64,000 nucleotides of DNA from assembly GCA_963805975.1 (NCBI GenBank), contig CAWDVR010000002.1, positions 776,543 to 840,542 on the forward strand, read 5' to 3'. This DNA comes from an uncultured Acidobacteriota bacterium. Its GTDB lineage: Bacteria > Acidobacteriota > Thermoanaerobaculia > Multivoradales > SZUA-115. Shown in pieces: positions 14,162 through 23,184 of this stretch (its first letter is position 1; each line of letters begins with the position of its first letter). A program made the position numbers and the translations under genes. The notes beneath the pieces were generated by a model, which had not been told where the DNA came from, made no database searches, and worked only from the letters and a program-made list of their open reading frames with translations.

Positions 14162-14301
14162 GGTGGAGCTCCTTCCGTTTGCATTTCCGATATTGGACAT
14201 CCGGCCGCGGCAACACGCCGCGACCGACCGCGCGGAGCCGGAGCGCTCGCTGGCCGCCGGTGCCAGGACACGGCGGTGCCTCGCGCGCTCGTTGGAGCGC
14301 G

Positions 14302-14703
14302 CTAGATCAGGAAACTCGAGTGGAGGGTATAGAGGCCGTCGTCGGGCGGTGGAGCCGGATCGCTGAGCAGATCCGCCTGGGGCAGCGGCCTCGAGGCCGG
14401 CAACGCCAGGCTCACGGCGCACGAAACCAGGGTTGGTAGCGGAAGCGGGGGCGCGAAGGCCGGCGTGGTCGCGACCGGCTCGGCCAGCGAGCCGCAGCAG
14501 CCGTCCACCGGGCCCGCCTGCGAGGTCGAGCCGCAGTCGTCCGCACTCGCTTCGCAGCAATCGTGCCCGCTGCAGCAATCCTCGGCCGGGGTAGGCATGC
14601 CGCAACTCACGCCGTGGCAGACGGGCGCCGCAGCCGACAGGACCCAGACCGCTGCGAGCAGCAGGAAAACCGAGGCGCGGACCCGGGGGCGAGAGGCCGT
14701 CAC
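14302..14703 (-). CDS. Hypothetical Cys-rich secreted/membrane-anchored protein at the head of the copper cluster (start uncertain: GTG 14703 or TTG 14769)
   Basis: Most protein-like frame in this interval. Signal-peptide-like (M)TASRPRVRASVFLLLAAVWVLSAAAP, then VCHGVSCGMPTPAEDCCSGHDCCEASADDCGS...DGCCGS, then a weakly hydrophobic C-terminal segment. GC3-rich. No clear SD. Confidence 0.4.
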   Translation of the reverse strand: MTASRPRVRASVFLLLAAVWVLSAAAPVCHGVSCGMPTPAEDCCSGHDCCEASADDCGSTSQAGPVDGCCGSLAEPVATTPAFAPPLPLPTLVSCAVSLALPASRPLPQADLLSDPAPPPDDGLYTLHSSFLI

Positions 14704-14784
14704 GCAGGGCAGTATACGCCTAGTCGCCGAGATGCAGTCGGCCGCAGATCCGTTCAGAGTCCGGTTCAATCGGCCGAAACGGCC

Positions 14785-14817
14785 TTGACGACATAGTCAC
14801 CTGGTGACTACTATCTG
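14785..14817 (+). promoter_or_regulatory. Promoter/operator of the TA module: TTGACG-N18-TACTAT with an embedded 17-bp palindrome TAGTCACC-T-GGTGACTA; start codon 6 nt after the -10, suggesting a leaderless mRNA
   Basis: Read directly: ttgacgacatagtcacctggtgactactatctggccATG. Typical antitoxin autoregulatory dyad. Confidence 0.5.
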
Positions 14818-14820
14818 GCC

Positions 14821-15087
14821 ATGAAAACCGTCGGGGTCGCAGCTTTAAAGGCCAGACTGAGCGAGCACCTGCGCGAGGTCCAGCAAGGGGAGATCGTGAC
14901 CGTTGTAGACCGCAAGACGCCGGTGGCACGGCTGGTGCCGTACGAGCGAGAGCTGCCGACAGGGCTCAAGGTACGGATGCCCCTGCCGGGCAGTTTGCGG
15001 CCGGGCCAAGTACCGCTGCCGGCGCCGGTCGACCTCCCCTTCGACGTGGTCGAGCTCCTGCTCGAGGACCGCCGGAACGGACGTTGA
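14821..15087 (+). CDS. Type II antitoxin (Phd/YefM-like fold) partnered with the VapC toxin
   Basis: MKTVGVAALKARLSEHLREVQQGEIVTVVDRKTPVARLVPYE matches the Phd/YefM N-terminal pattern. The stop overlaps the toxin start (ATGA). Confidence 0.8.
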   Translation: MKTVGVAALKARLSEHLREVQQGEIVTVVDRKTPVARLVPYERELPTGLKVRMPLPGSLRPGQVPLPAPVDLPFDVVELLLEDRRNGR

Positions 15088-15500
15088 TCGTCTACCTCGA
15101 CTCTTCCGTGGTGCTGCGCCGGCTGCTGGGCCAGCCTGGAGCCCTAGACTCCTGGGAAGCCATCGAGCGAGGCGTGGGGAGCGAGCTGGTGGAAGTGGAG
15201 TGCCTTCGCACCCTGGATCGGTTGTGGCTCTCAGGCTCCCTGATCAAAGAGACTCTGGTTGAGCTCCGCGAGGCCGTCTTTCGACTGACTGCCACCCTAG
15301 AGGTGGTGTCAGTCTCGCGACCGATCCTCAGCCGCGCAGCGCAGCCGATGCCGACCGCGTTGGCTACCCTGGACGCGGTCCATCTCGCGACCGCTCTCGC
15401 CTGGCAGGAGAACCTCGAGACCCAGCTCCTGATGGCGACCCACGACCAGGCGCTCGCCGCTGCCAGTCGCGCTTTTGGCTTGCGCGTGATCGGAGCCTGA
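15084..15500 (+). CDS. vapC: PIN-domain ribonuclease toxin VapC
   Basis: MIVYLDSSVVLRRL...TLDAVHLATALAWQ...LLMATHD contains the conserved PIN acidic residues. Four-nucleotide overlap with the antitoxin. Confidence 0.85.
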   Translation: MIVYLDSSVVLRRLLGQPGALDSWEAIERGVGSELVEVECLRTLDRLWLSGSLIKETLVELREAVFRLTATLEVVSVSRPILSRAAQPMPTALATLDAVHLATALAWQENLETQLLMATHDQALAAASRAFGLRVIGA

Positions 15501-15553
15501 CGCCGGCGAGCAGCCTCACGCCAGGGGGCCGGTGCGCAGCAGGCTCAGGGCTC

Positions 15554-17383
15554 TCACCAGCCGCACACCCGTCCTCTGTTCTGCTCGTCGAGCCAGGTCT
15601 TGAGCGGCGCGAAGTAATCGAGGATCGCCGTGGCGTCCATCTGCCGCTCGCCGGAGAGCGCTTCGAGGGCCTCCGGCCAGGGCCGCGAGCTGCCCATGGC
15701 GAGCATCTTCTCGAGCTTCTCGCCGGCCGCTTTGTTGCCGTAGATCGAGCCGCGATGGAGCGGCCCCTGGCAGCCGGCCGTCGCGCAGAGCGCGCGGTGG
15801 AACTGGAACTGGAGGATGTCGGCGAGGAAGTAGCGCGTGTACGGCACGTTGCCCGGCACATGGAACTTGGAGCCGGGGTCGAAGTCCGCTTCGCTCCTCG
15901 CCACCGGCGGCTCGATGCCCTGGTACTTGCGCACCAGCTCCCACCACGAGCGGTTGTAGTCGGCGGGCTTGATCTCGCCCGAGAACACCTTCCAGCGCCA
16001 CTGGTCGATGAGCAGCCCGAAGGGCAGGAAGGCCACCTTGTCGAGCGCGCGCTGCATCAGGAGGCCGAGGTCCTTCGACGGATCGGGCTCGTTCGGGATC
16101 AGGCCGATGTCCTTGAGGTACTTGGGGGTCACCGACAGCGCGACGGTGTCGCCCACGGCCTCGTGGAAGCCGTCGTTGGCGCTGTCGCGATAGAGGTGCG
16201 GCTGGTGCTTGTAGGCGCGCTGGTAGAAGTTGTGCCCCAGCTCGTGATGGATGGTCGAGAAGTCCTCCTCGTCGATGCCGATGCACATCTTGATGCGCAG
16301 GTCGTCCTCGGCGTCGATGTCCCAGGCGCTCGCGTGGCAGATCACCTCGCGATCCGGCGGGCGCACGAACATCGAGCGTTCCCAGAAGGTCTGCGGCAGG
16401 GGATCGAAGCCCAGCGAGGTGAAGAAGCGCTCGCCGGAGCGCACCATCTCCTTCTCGTCGTACTTGGCGGCCCTGAGCGCCGCCGTCAGGTCGAAGCCGG
16501 GGTCGGCGTCGGCGGGCCCCACCAGCGAGTAGATGCCCTGCCAGTCCTGGGCCCACATGTTGCCCAGGAGGTGGGCGGGGATCGGCCGGTCTGGCGGCAC
16601 CAGCTTGGTGCCGTAGTGCTCGCCGAGCTTGGCCCGCACGTGGCAATGGAGAGCGTCGTAGAGCGGCTTGACCTGGCCCCACAGCCGGTCGAGCTCCGCC
16701 CCGAAGTCGTCCGGCGGCATGTCGTAGGCCGAGCGCCACAGGGCGCCGACGTCCGGGTAGCCCAGCTCGCGGGCGCCTTGGTTGGAGATCTGGACCAGGC
16801 GTTCGAACTCGGGCCGCATGGGCGGCGACACCGTGCGCCAGCCCACCCAGATGTCCTGGAGCTCGGCAGGGTCGCGGCCCTCCCACATCATGCGCTCCAT
16901 GACGTCGAGCGTCAGGCACTCGCCGTTCGGCTTGCAGTACTTGCCACTCCCGAAGCGCGAGTTGAGGGAGGCGGCGAGACGCGCCAGCTCGGAGCCCAGG
17001 GCCGGGTCGGAAGGCGCCGGCAGGACGAGCCCGCGCTTCAGGATCTCGAGCTTGCGCCGCACGTCGTAGGGCAGCTCGAGCCCGTTGAAGCGCGCCGCCT
17101 GCTTGGCGATCTCGACGCCCGCCGCGGTCACGCGCTCGCTGGCGAGGGCGCCCAGGATCTCGGTGTCGTGGGTGATGTGCGTCTCCTGCACCCAGGCGGC
17201 GCGCTGCGCCTCCTCCGCGAGGCCGGCCAGCCGCTTCTCCGCCGCCTCGGCGAAGGCCTGGGCCTCCTGGGCGGTGGGCGCCGGGGCGGCGCCCGCCTTC
17301 ACCTTGTCTGCACCGAGAGCGGCCAACGCCGGCACCAGCGTCAGGCAGGCCGAGAGCACCAAGAGAATCTGGAATCGGGTCAT
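15554..17383 (-). CDS. M2-family zinc peptidyl-dipeptidase (angiotensin-converting-enzyme-like), secreted
   Basis: HEXXH zinc motif HHELGHNFYQ plus downstream EAVGDTVALS. Signal peptide. Length and motif order match bacterial ACE homologues. Confidence 0.85.
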   Translation of the reverse strand: MTRFQILLVLSACLTLVPALAALGADKVKAGAAPAPTAQEAQAFAEAAEKRLAGLAEEAQRAAWVQETHITHDTEILGALASERVTAAGVEIAKQAARFNGLELPYDVRRKLEILKRGLVLPAPSDPALGSELARLAASLNSRFGSGKYCKPNGECLTLDVMERMMWEGRDPAELQDIWVGWRTVSPPMRPEFERLVQISNQGARELGYPDVGALWRSAYDMPPDDFGAELDRLWGQVKPLYDALHCHVRAKLGEHYGTKLVPPDRPIPAHLLGNMWAQDWQGIYSLVGPADADPGFDLTAALRAAKYDEKEMVRSGERFFTSLGFDPLPQTFWERSMFVRPPDREVICHASAWDIDAEDDLRIKMCIGIDEEDFSTIHHELGHNFYQRAYKHQPHLYRDSANDGFHEAVGDTVALSVTPKYLKDIGLIPNEPDPSKDLGLLMQRALDKVAFLPFGLLIDQWRWKVFSGEIKPADYNRSWWELVRKYQGIEPPVARSEADFDPGSKFHVPGNVPYTRYFLADILQFQFHRALCATAGCQGPLHRGSIYGNKAAGEKLEKMLAMGSSRPWPEALEALSGERQMDATAILDYFAPLKTWLDEQNRGRVCGW

Positions 17384-17384
17384 T

Positions 17385-18560
17385 TCATGCTCCTGACGCG
17401 AGCGCGTTCGCGATGCGGGAAAGGGCCGTCTCGAGGGTCTGCCGCGAGCAGGCGAAGGAGATGCGTACGTGGTCGTCGTCCCCGAAGGCGATGCCCGGCA
17501 CTACCGCCACCCCGGCCTGGTGCAGCAGGAACTCCGAGAGCTCCACCGAGCCCTGGCGGCCCGGCCGGTAGCAGCCGGCGACGTTGGGGAAGGCGTAGAA
17601 GGTACCGCGCGGCGGCGCGCAGCGGAACCCGGGGATCCGCGCCAGGCCCGCGGTGACGAGATCGCGGCGCGCCAGGTACTCGGCGATCATCGCCTCGACC
17701 TCCGGCTCGGCCGCGGCCAGCGCCCCGAGCGCTCCCTTCATGGCAAACGAGGTGGGGTTCGAGGTGCTGTGGCTCTGGAGCGTCGCCATCGCCTTGACGA
17801 GGCCGGGCGGGCCGAACACGTAGCCCAGCCGCCAGCCGGTCATGGCGTAGGTCTTGGAGAAAGAACCGACCAGCACCACGGTCTCCGGGAACTCCGCCGC
17901 CAGGCTCGCCGAGCTCGCGAAGCCGTCGCCGTAGACGAAGCGGTCGTAGGTTTCGTCGGCGATGAACGGGATGCCGCGCGCCGCGCAGGCTTCGACCACG
18001 CGCCGCAGATCCTCGGCCGCCATGATGCCGCCGGTCGGGTTGGATGGTGAGTTGACGAGCACGGCGCGGGTGCGCTCGGAGAGCGCCCTGAGGATGGGCT
18101 CGGCGTGGATCGTGAACCCGTCCTCGCCGGCCGTCGGCACCAGCACCGGGGTCGCGCCGGTCAAGCGGATCTGCTCGGGAAAGCTCACCCAGCAGGGGCT
18201 CGGCAGCACCACCTCGTCGCCCTGATCGAAGAGGGCGAGCGCCAGGTGGTAGAGGGCCATCTTCGCGCCCACCGTGATCAGGCCGTCCCCGGCGCTCCAG
18301 GGAGCTCCATAGCGGCGGGCGAGCACCGCGGCCACGGCCTGCCGCAGCTCCTTGAGACCATTGCCGTCCGTGTACTTGGTAAAGCCCTGGGTGAGGGCCT
18401 CGCGCGCGGCGTCGACCGCCACCCTGGGCGAGCCGAAGTCGGGCTCGCCGACGCCCAGGTCCAGCACGTCTTTCCCCTGGGCGCGCAGCTCGGCCGCCAG
18501 CCGTCCCACCTTGAGCGTGGTCGACTCGCCGACTCGCGCCATGCGGGCCGCGAGCTTCAT
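17385..18560 (-). CDS. Class I/II pyridoxal-phosphate-dependent aminotransferase (aspartate-aminotransferase-like)
   Basis: PLP-lysine motif SFSKTYAMTGWRLGY, NPTG, typical fold-type I order. Confidence 0.9.
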   Translation of the reverse strand: MKLAARMARVGESTTLKVGRLAAELRAQGKDVLDLGVGEPDFGSPRVAVDAAREALTQGFTKYTDGNGLKELRQAVAAVLARRYGAPWSAGDGLITVGAKMALYHLALALFDQGDEVVLPSPCWVSFPEQIRLTGATPVLVPTAGEDGFTIHAEPILRALSERTRAVLVNSPSNPTGGIMAAEDLRRVVEACAARGIPFIADETYDRFVYGDGFASSASLAAEFPETVVLVGSFSKTYAMTGWRLGYVFGPPGLVKAMATLQSHSTSNPTSFAMKGALGALAAAEPEVEAMIAEYLARRDLVTAGLARIPGFRCAPPRGTFYAFPNVAGCYRPGRQGSVELSEFLLHQAGVAVVPGIAFGDDDHVRISFACSRQTLETALSRIANALASGA

Positions 18561-18636
18561 GGGAGGCCTGAATCCACGGCGCGGATGGTATCACCGGGCG
18601 GCGGCCCGAACGGTGGCCATGCTATTCTCGAAGCGT

Positions 18637-19515
18637 ATGCGGAAACGGCTGCCCGCCCTGGCGCTCGCCGCTCTCTGGACCGCTTCGACGTGGGCGGTGC
18701 CCTCTGCCCATGCGAGCGCTGCGGGCGCCGGCTGGCTGACGAGCCTCGGCGAGGCGAAGAAGGCGGCCGAGGCGAGCGGGCGGCTCCTGGTGGTGGACCT
18801 CTACGCCGACTGGTGTGGGTGGTGCAAGGTGCTCGAGCGCGAGGTGTTCTCCTCGCCCCAGTTCAAGCAGTACGCGAGCAAGTTCGTCCTCCTGCGGGTG
18901 GACGTCGAGGACGGCGGCGAGGGCTCCATGCTGCAGAGCCGCTTCGAGGCCTACTCGTTGCCCACCACCCTGGTGCTCGATCCCGATCTCGTGCTGGTCG
19001 GCCGGGTCGAAGGCTATGCGCCGGTGGACGGCTTCCTGAAGAGCCTGGAGGGCGAGATCGCCACCTACGGCAAGCTCGCCGCCCGCTTCGACAAAGAGAA
19101 GGGAAGCTCCAACCTGCGGGTGCTCGAGGGGCTCGCCGGCGAGCTCTTCGCCCGCACGGACGGCCGCCGGGCCGCCGCTCTCTACCAGCGGATGATCGAC
19201 GCCGGCAAGCCGTCGCCGGCGATAGTGCCGCGCATCGAGTACCAGCTCGCCGAGTCCTGGCGCCTCGCCGGCGACTACGGCAAGGCCCGCACCGCTCTCG
19301 AGGCCGCGCGGCGCGACGCCACGGCGCGCAAGGACTCGGCGGTGGTCGAGGCCTGCGATCTCCTGGCGGCGCGCATCGCCCAGGCGAGCGGTGACTGCCG
19401 GCAGGCCATCACCGCCCTCGAGGCGTTCCTCAAGCAGTATCCGCAGAGCGGCTTCCAAGAGTTCGCCCGTCACAACCTGCGCTCTCTCAAGCAGCAGGGC
19501 CCGTCCTGCTCGTAG
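18637..19515 (+). CDS. Periplasmic thioredoxin-fold protein (WCGWC active site) with C-terminal helical/TPR-like domain
   Basis: Signal peptide MRKRLPALALAALWTASTWA. LVVDLYADWCGWCKVLE is a thioredoxin CXXC motif. Sits immediately upstream of dsbD. The ORF-track N-terminal extension is ignored. Confidence 0.8.
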   Translation: MRKRLPALALAALWTASTWAVPSAHASAAGAGWLTSLGEAKKAAEASGRLLVVDLYADWCGWCKVLEREVFSSPQFKQYASKFVLLRVDVEDGGEGSMLQSRFEAYSLPTTLVLDPDLVLVGRVEGYAPVDGFLKSLEGEIATYGKLAARFDKEKGSSNLRVLEGLAGELFARTDGRRAAALYQRMIDAGKPSPAIVPRIEYQLAESWRLAGDYGKARTALEAARRDATARKDSAVVEACDLLAARIAQASGDCRQAITALEAFLKQYPQSGFQEFARHNLRSLKQQGPSCS

Positions 19516-19662
19516 CTCGGACGGCCGGCACAGGTCCGGCCGCTACGTTCAGAACGTGCTTCCGGACGTAGCGGCCGGGCTCGTACCGGCCGTGCGACCT
19601 CAGGCATGAAAGGTCCCGGGCGGCGGGGCATAGGCGAGTGCGCTCGTCCTGTTAGAGAATCC

Positions 19663-21513
19663 ATGTCGATGACGACCTGCCTCCGCGGCACCGCGCTCGC
19701 CTGTCTCGCTTTCTCCCTGGCCCTCCCCGCCGCCGCCGTTCGGCCCCAGGTCGAGAAGGCCAAGGTGAGCTTCGCGCTCGATCGCACCGCCTACGAGCCC
19801 GGCACCACGGCTCGCCTCGCCGCGGTGCTGGACATCGAAGACGGCTGGCACGTCAACGCCAACCCGGCGAGCTTCGACTACCTGATCCCGACCGCGCTCG
19901 AGCTCGAGGCGCCGGCCGGCTGGCCGCAGGCCGCGGTGACCTATCCGCAGGGCAAGAGGCTCCCCTTCGCGTTCGCCGAGGAACCGCTCTCGGTCTACGA
20001 CGGACGGGTGGCCCTGGTGGCCCGGATGGCGGTGCCGTCCGAGGCCGGCGCGGGGGCGGTGAAAGTCCGCGCCACCGTCACCTACCAGGCTTGCGACGAC
20101 AGCTCCTGCCTGCCGCCGGTGACCAAGGAGGAGGAGGTCGAGATCAGGGTTGGCGCCGGCGGCGAACCGGCGAACGATGGGGTGTTCACGGCGGCGAGCA
20201 GTGCCCCCCCGCCCTCGGGCGGCGCGCCCCGGCGCGGCCTCCTCGGCATCCTGCTGCTCGCGCTGCTGGGCGGGTTGATCCTGAACGCCATGCCCTGCGT
20301 GCTGCCGGTGCTCTCGCTCAAGGTCTTCGGCCTGGTCAAGAGCGCCGGCGGGGGGGGCCGCGCGGTGTCGGCCGGCGCCCTCGCCACCGCGGCCGGCATC
20401 CTGATCTCGTTCTGGGCCCTGGCCGCCGCCGCCGTCGCCGCCAAGTCGGCCGGCTCGGCCGTGGGCTGGGGCATCCAGTTCCAGAACCCCGCCTTCGTCA
20501 CCTTCCTGACGGTGGTGGTGCTGCTCTTCTGCCTCAACCTCTGGGGCCTGTTCGAGATCACGCTGCCGGCGCGGCTCGGCCGCCTGGAGGGCCAGGGCAG
20601 GCGCGAGGGCGCCGCCGGCCACTTCGCCTCCGGGCTCTTCGCCACGCTGATGGCGACGCCCTGCTCGGCTCCCTTCCTCGGCACCGCGCTCGGCTTCGCC
20701 CTGGGCCAGACGGCGGCCGTGATCCTCGCCGTCTTCACCGCCGTGGGGATAGGGATGGCGCTCCCCTACCTGGTGCTCGCGGTGGCGCCCGGTGCGGCCC
20801 GGCTGCTGCCGCGGCCCGGTGCCTGGATGGACACGGTGCGGGGCCTGATGGGCTTCCTGCTGGCCGGCGCCGCGGTGTGGCTGCTCTACGTGCTCTCCGC
20901 CCAGGTCTCCCCGGTGCGGCTGGCGGTGATCGAGGTCTGCCTGGTGGTGATCGCGCTCTTCGTCTGGCTGCGCCACCGCGCCGCGACGGGGCCGCGGCCG
21001 GCCGCTCGGCTGCTGGTCACCGGCGGGCTCCTGGCGGCGCTCGTCGCCACCCTGGCCCTGGCCTGGAAGGTGGAGGCGCCTGCCTCGAGCCGGGCGGCCG
21101 CCGAGACGCCGGGGCTGATCTCCTGGGCGCCCTTCGACCGCGCCGAGGCCGAGGCGCTCGCCGCCGAAGGACGGCTGGTGTTCGTCGACGTGACCGCGGA
21201 CTGGTGCTTCACCTGCAAGTTCAACGAGAAGCTGGTGCTCGACACGGCCGAGGTGGCGGGTGCCTTCGCGCGCCAGGACGTGCTGGCGATGAAGGCGGAC
21301 TGGACCAATCGCAACGACGAGATCGGCGACTACCTGGCGAGCTTCGACCGCTACGGCATCCCGTTCTACGTCCTCTACCGCCCCGGCGCTCCGCCCAAGG
21401 TGTTCAGCGAGCTGCTGAGCAAGGAGGCGGTGCTGGCGGCCGTGGAGGAGGCGGCGAGCCTCAGGACTGCCGCTCGCCTTCCTCTGCCTGCCTCTCCTTC
21501 GCCTTCTCCCTGA
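19663..21513 (+). CDS. dsbD: Thiol:disulfide interchange protein DsbD (alpha domain + CcdA-like TM core + C-terminal thioredoxin)
   Basis: TM-core cysteines (NAMPCVLPVLSLK...TPCSAPFLG). C-terminal VFVDVTADWCFTCKFNE. Start set at MSMTTCLRG with a signal peptide. Confidence 0.88.
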   Translation: MSMTTCLRGTALACLAFSLALPAAAVRPQVEKAKVSFALDRTAYEPGTTARLAAVLDIEDGWHVNANPASFDYLIPTALELEAPAGWPQAAVTYPQGKRLPFAFAEEPLSVYDGRVALVARMAVPSEAGAGAVKVRATVTYQACDDSSCLPPVTKEEEVEIRVGAGGEPANDGVFTAASSAPPPSGGAPRRGLLGILLLALLGGLILNAMPCVLPVLSLKVFGLVKSAGGGGRAVSAGALATAAGILISFWALAAAAVAAKSAGSAVGWGIQFQNPAFVTFLTVVVLLFCLNLWGLFEITLPARLGRLEGQGRREGAAGHFASGLFATLMATPCSAPFLGTALGFALGQTAAVILAVFTAVGIGMALPYLVLAVAPGAARLLPRPGAWMDTVRGLMGFLLAGAAVWLLYVLSAQVSPVRLAVIEVCLVVIALFVWLRHRAATGPRPAARLLVTGGLLAALVATLALAWKVEAPASSRAAAETPGLISWAPFDRAEAEALAAEGRLVFVDVTADWCFTCKFNEKLVLDTAEVAGAFARQDVLAMKADWTNRNDEIGDYLASFDRYGIPFYVLYRPGAPPKVFSELLSKEAVLAAVEEAASLRTAARLPLPASPSPSP

Positions 21514-22840
21514 GCGCCCGGAACCTCGCGAGCCGCGCTCCCAGCTCCGCCTCGAAGCCCTCTCCCCCGGGCTCGTAGAACCGGGTGCCGAGGAGAGTCT
21601 CGGGCAGGCAGTCGAGGCCGCCCACTCCTTCCTCCGTGTCCGGCGCGTAGACGTAGCCCTTGCCGTAGCCCAGGCCCGACATCAGCTTCGTGGGGGCGTT
21701 GCGGATGACCAGCGGCACCGGGTCCGCCGGCCGTTCCTCGACCGTCCGGCGCGCCTCGCCGTAGGCCACGTAGGCGCGGTTGCTCTTGGGGGCCAGCGCG
21801 AGGTACACGGCGAGCTCCGCCAGCGCCAGCTCCCCCTCGGGCGAGCCCAGGCGGCGGAAGGCGTCCCAGGCCGCGAGCGAAAGCGGCAGCGCCTGGGGAT
21901 CGGCGAGGCCGATGTCCTCGCTCGCCATGCGGGTCATGCGGCGGGCGAGATAGAGCGGGTCCTCGCCGGAGGCGAGCATGCGGGCGAGCCAGTAGAGGGC
22001 GGCGTCCGGGTCGCTCTCGCGCACCGACTTGTGGAGCGCCGAGATCAGGTTGTAGTGCTCCTCGCCGGACTTGTCGTAGAGCAGCACCTTGCGCTGCGAC
22101 ACGCGCCGCACGTCCTCCGCCTGGATGGCGCCGCCTTGCCCGGCGTCCGCCGCCGCCAGCTCCAGGAGGTTCAGGAGCCGGCGCGCATCCCCCGAGGCGA
22201 GCTGCGCCAGCTCGGCCAGGGCTGCATCATCGGCCGAGACCTCGAGCGCCCCCAGGCCCCGCTCGGCGTCGGCCAGCGCACGCCGCGCCAGGGCCTCGAG
22301 ATCCTGTGTCGACAGCGGTTGCAGCACGACCACCCGGCAGCGCGACAAGAGCGCCGCGTTGAGCTCGAAGGAAGGGTTCTCGGTGGTGGCCCCGACCAGC
22401 ACAATGTCGCCGCTCTCGACGTAGGGCAGGAAGGCGTCCTGCTGGGCGCGGTTGAAGCGGTGGATCTCGTCGACGAAGAGCAGGGTCCGGCGGCCGGTGG
22501 CACGGCGCAGGCGCATGGCGTCGGCCATCACCTCCTTGACCTCCTTGATACCGGCGGTCACGGCCGAGAACGGCACGAAGCTCCAGGTGGTCTCGATGGC
22601 GATGATGCGGGCGAGCGTCGTCTTGCCGCTGCCGGGCGGCCCCCAGAAGATGAGCGACGGCACGCGGTGGTCGGAGATGGCTCGCGCCAGGAAGCCGCCC
22701 TTGCCCACCATCTCCTGCTGCCCCACCACCTCCTCGAGGCTCCGCGGGCGCAGCCGCTCGGCGAGCGGCGTGCCGGCAACGCTCGCCGGCGCCTCCGCCC
22801 GCGCGCCGGCTTCCTGGTCGTCGAAGAGGGAGGGGGCCAC
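21461..22840 (-). CDS. rarA: Replication-associated recombination protein A (AAA+ ATPase, MgsA/RarA)
   Basis: GPPGSGKTTLARIIA, LFVDEIHRFNRAQQD, characteristic C-terminal MgsA helical domain. GTG start at 22840. The 3' end overlaps dsbD by 53 nt (convergent). Confidence 0.9.
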   Translation of the reverse strand: MAPSLFDDQEAGARAEAPASVAGTPLAERLRPRSLEEVVGQQEMVGKGGFLARAISDHRVPSLIFWGPPGSGKTTLARIIAIETTWSFVPFSAVTAGIKEVKEVMADAMRLRRATGRRTLLFVDEIHRFNRAQQDAFLPYVESGDIVLVGATTENPSFELNAALLSRCRVVVLQPLSTQDLEALARRALADAERGLGALEVSADDAALAELAQLASGDARRLLNLLELAAADAGQGGAIQAEDVRRVSQRKVLLYDKSGEEHYNLISALHKSVRESDPDAALYWLARMLASGEDPLYLARRMTRMASEDIGLADPQALPLSLAAWDAFRRLGSPEGELALAELAVYLALAPKSNRAYVAYGEARRTVEERPADPVPLVIRNAPTKLMSGLGYGKGYVYAPDTEEGVGGLDCLPETLLGTRFYEPGGEGFEAELGARLARFRALREKAKERQAEEGERQS

Positions 22841-23141
22841 AGGGTGATTCTATGGCCGGGAGGCGAGCCGCCGGCTCAACCGGTGCGCTGCGCGGGCCTG
22901 GGGCGAGGCAGGAAATAGACGTTCGACCAGGGCCGCAGAAGCGCCCGGCACTCGCGCTGCGACAGAGCTCGGGAGGCGACGGCCCTGGGCGCACGAGGGC
23001 GCCGGGAAGCGAGGATCGGATCGACGCCGCGTTCGAGCACCGCAGCGAGCAGCCACTGGCAGAGCGTGCGGCGCGCGGCTGAGCCGCGAAAGGTCGTCAC
23101 CCGAGCATCTTAGCCGCGATGGAACCACGTGTACCTTGCCC

Positions 23142-23184
23142 ATCGTCCATCACGTGGACGATAATCGTCCACGTGATGGACGAT
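23142..23184. promoter_or_regulatory. 43-bp perfect palindrome ATCGTCCATCACGTGGACGAT-A-ATCGTCCACGTGATGGACGAT overlapping the start codon of the downstream ATPase gene; a third CACGTG half-site sits at 23126
   Basis: Checked base by base: left arm 23142..23162, centre 23163, right arm 23164..23184. Each arm is itself a near-palindrome around CACGTG. Confidence 0.6.

Noticed and set aside
14250-14270. TGGCAC on the minus strand upstream of the YHS gene as a sigma-54 -24 box
   Set aside because: No GC/TTGC -12 element at the required spacing (CCAGC instead).
22876-23100. 74-aa ORF 22876..23100(-) in the rarA/ATPase intergenic region
   Set aside because: No SD or motifs and R/P/A-rich composition. 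It is more likely non-coding leader/operator space, though a small protein cannot be excluded.
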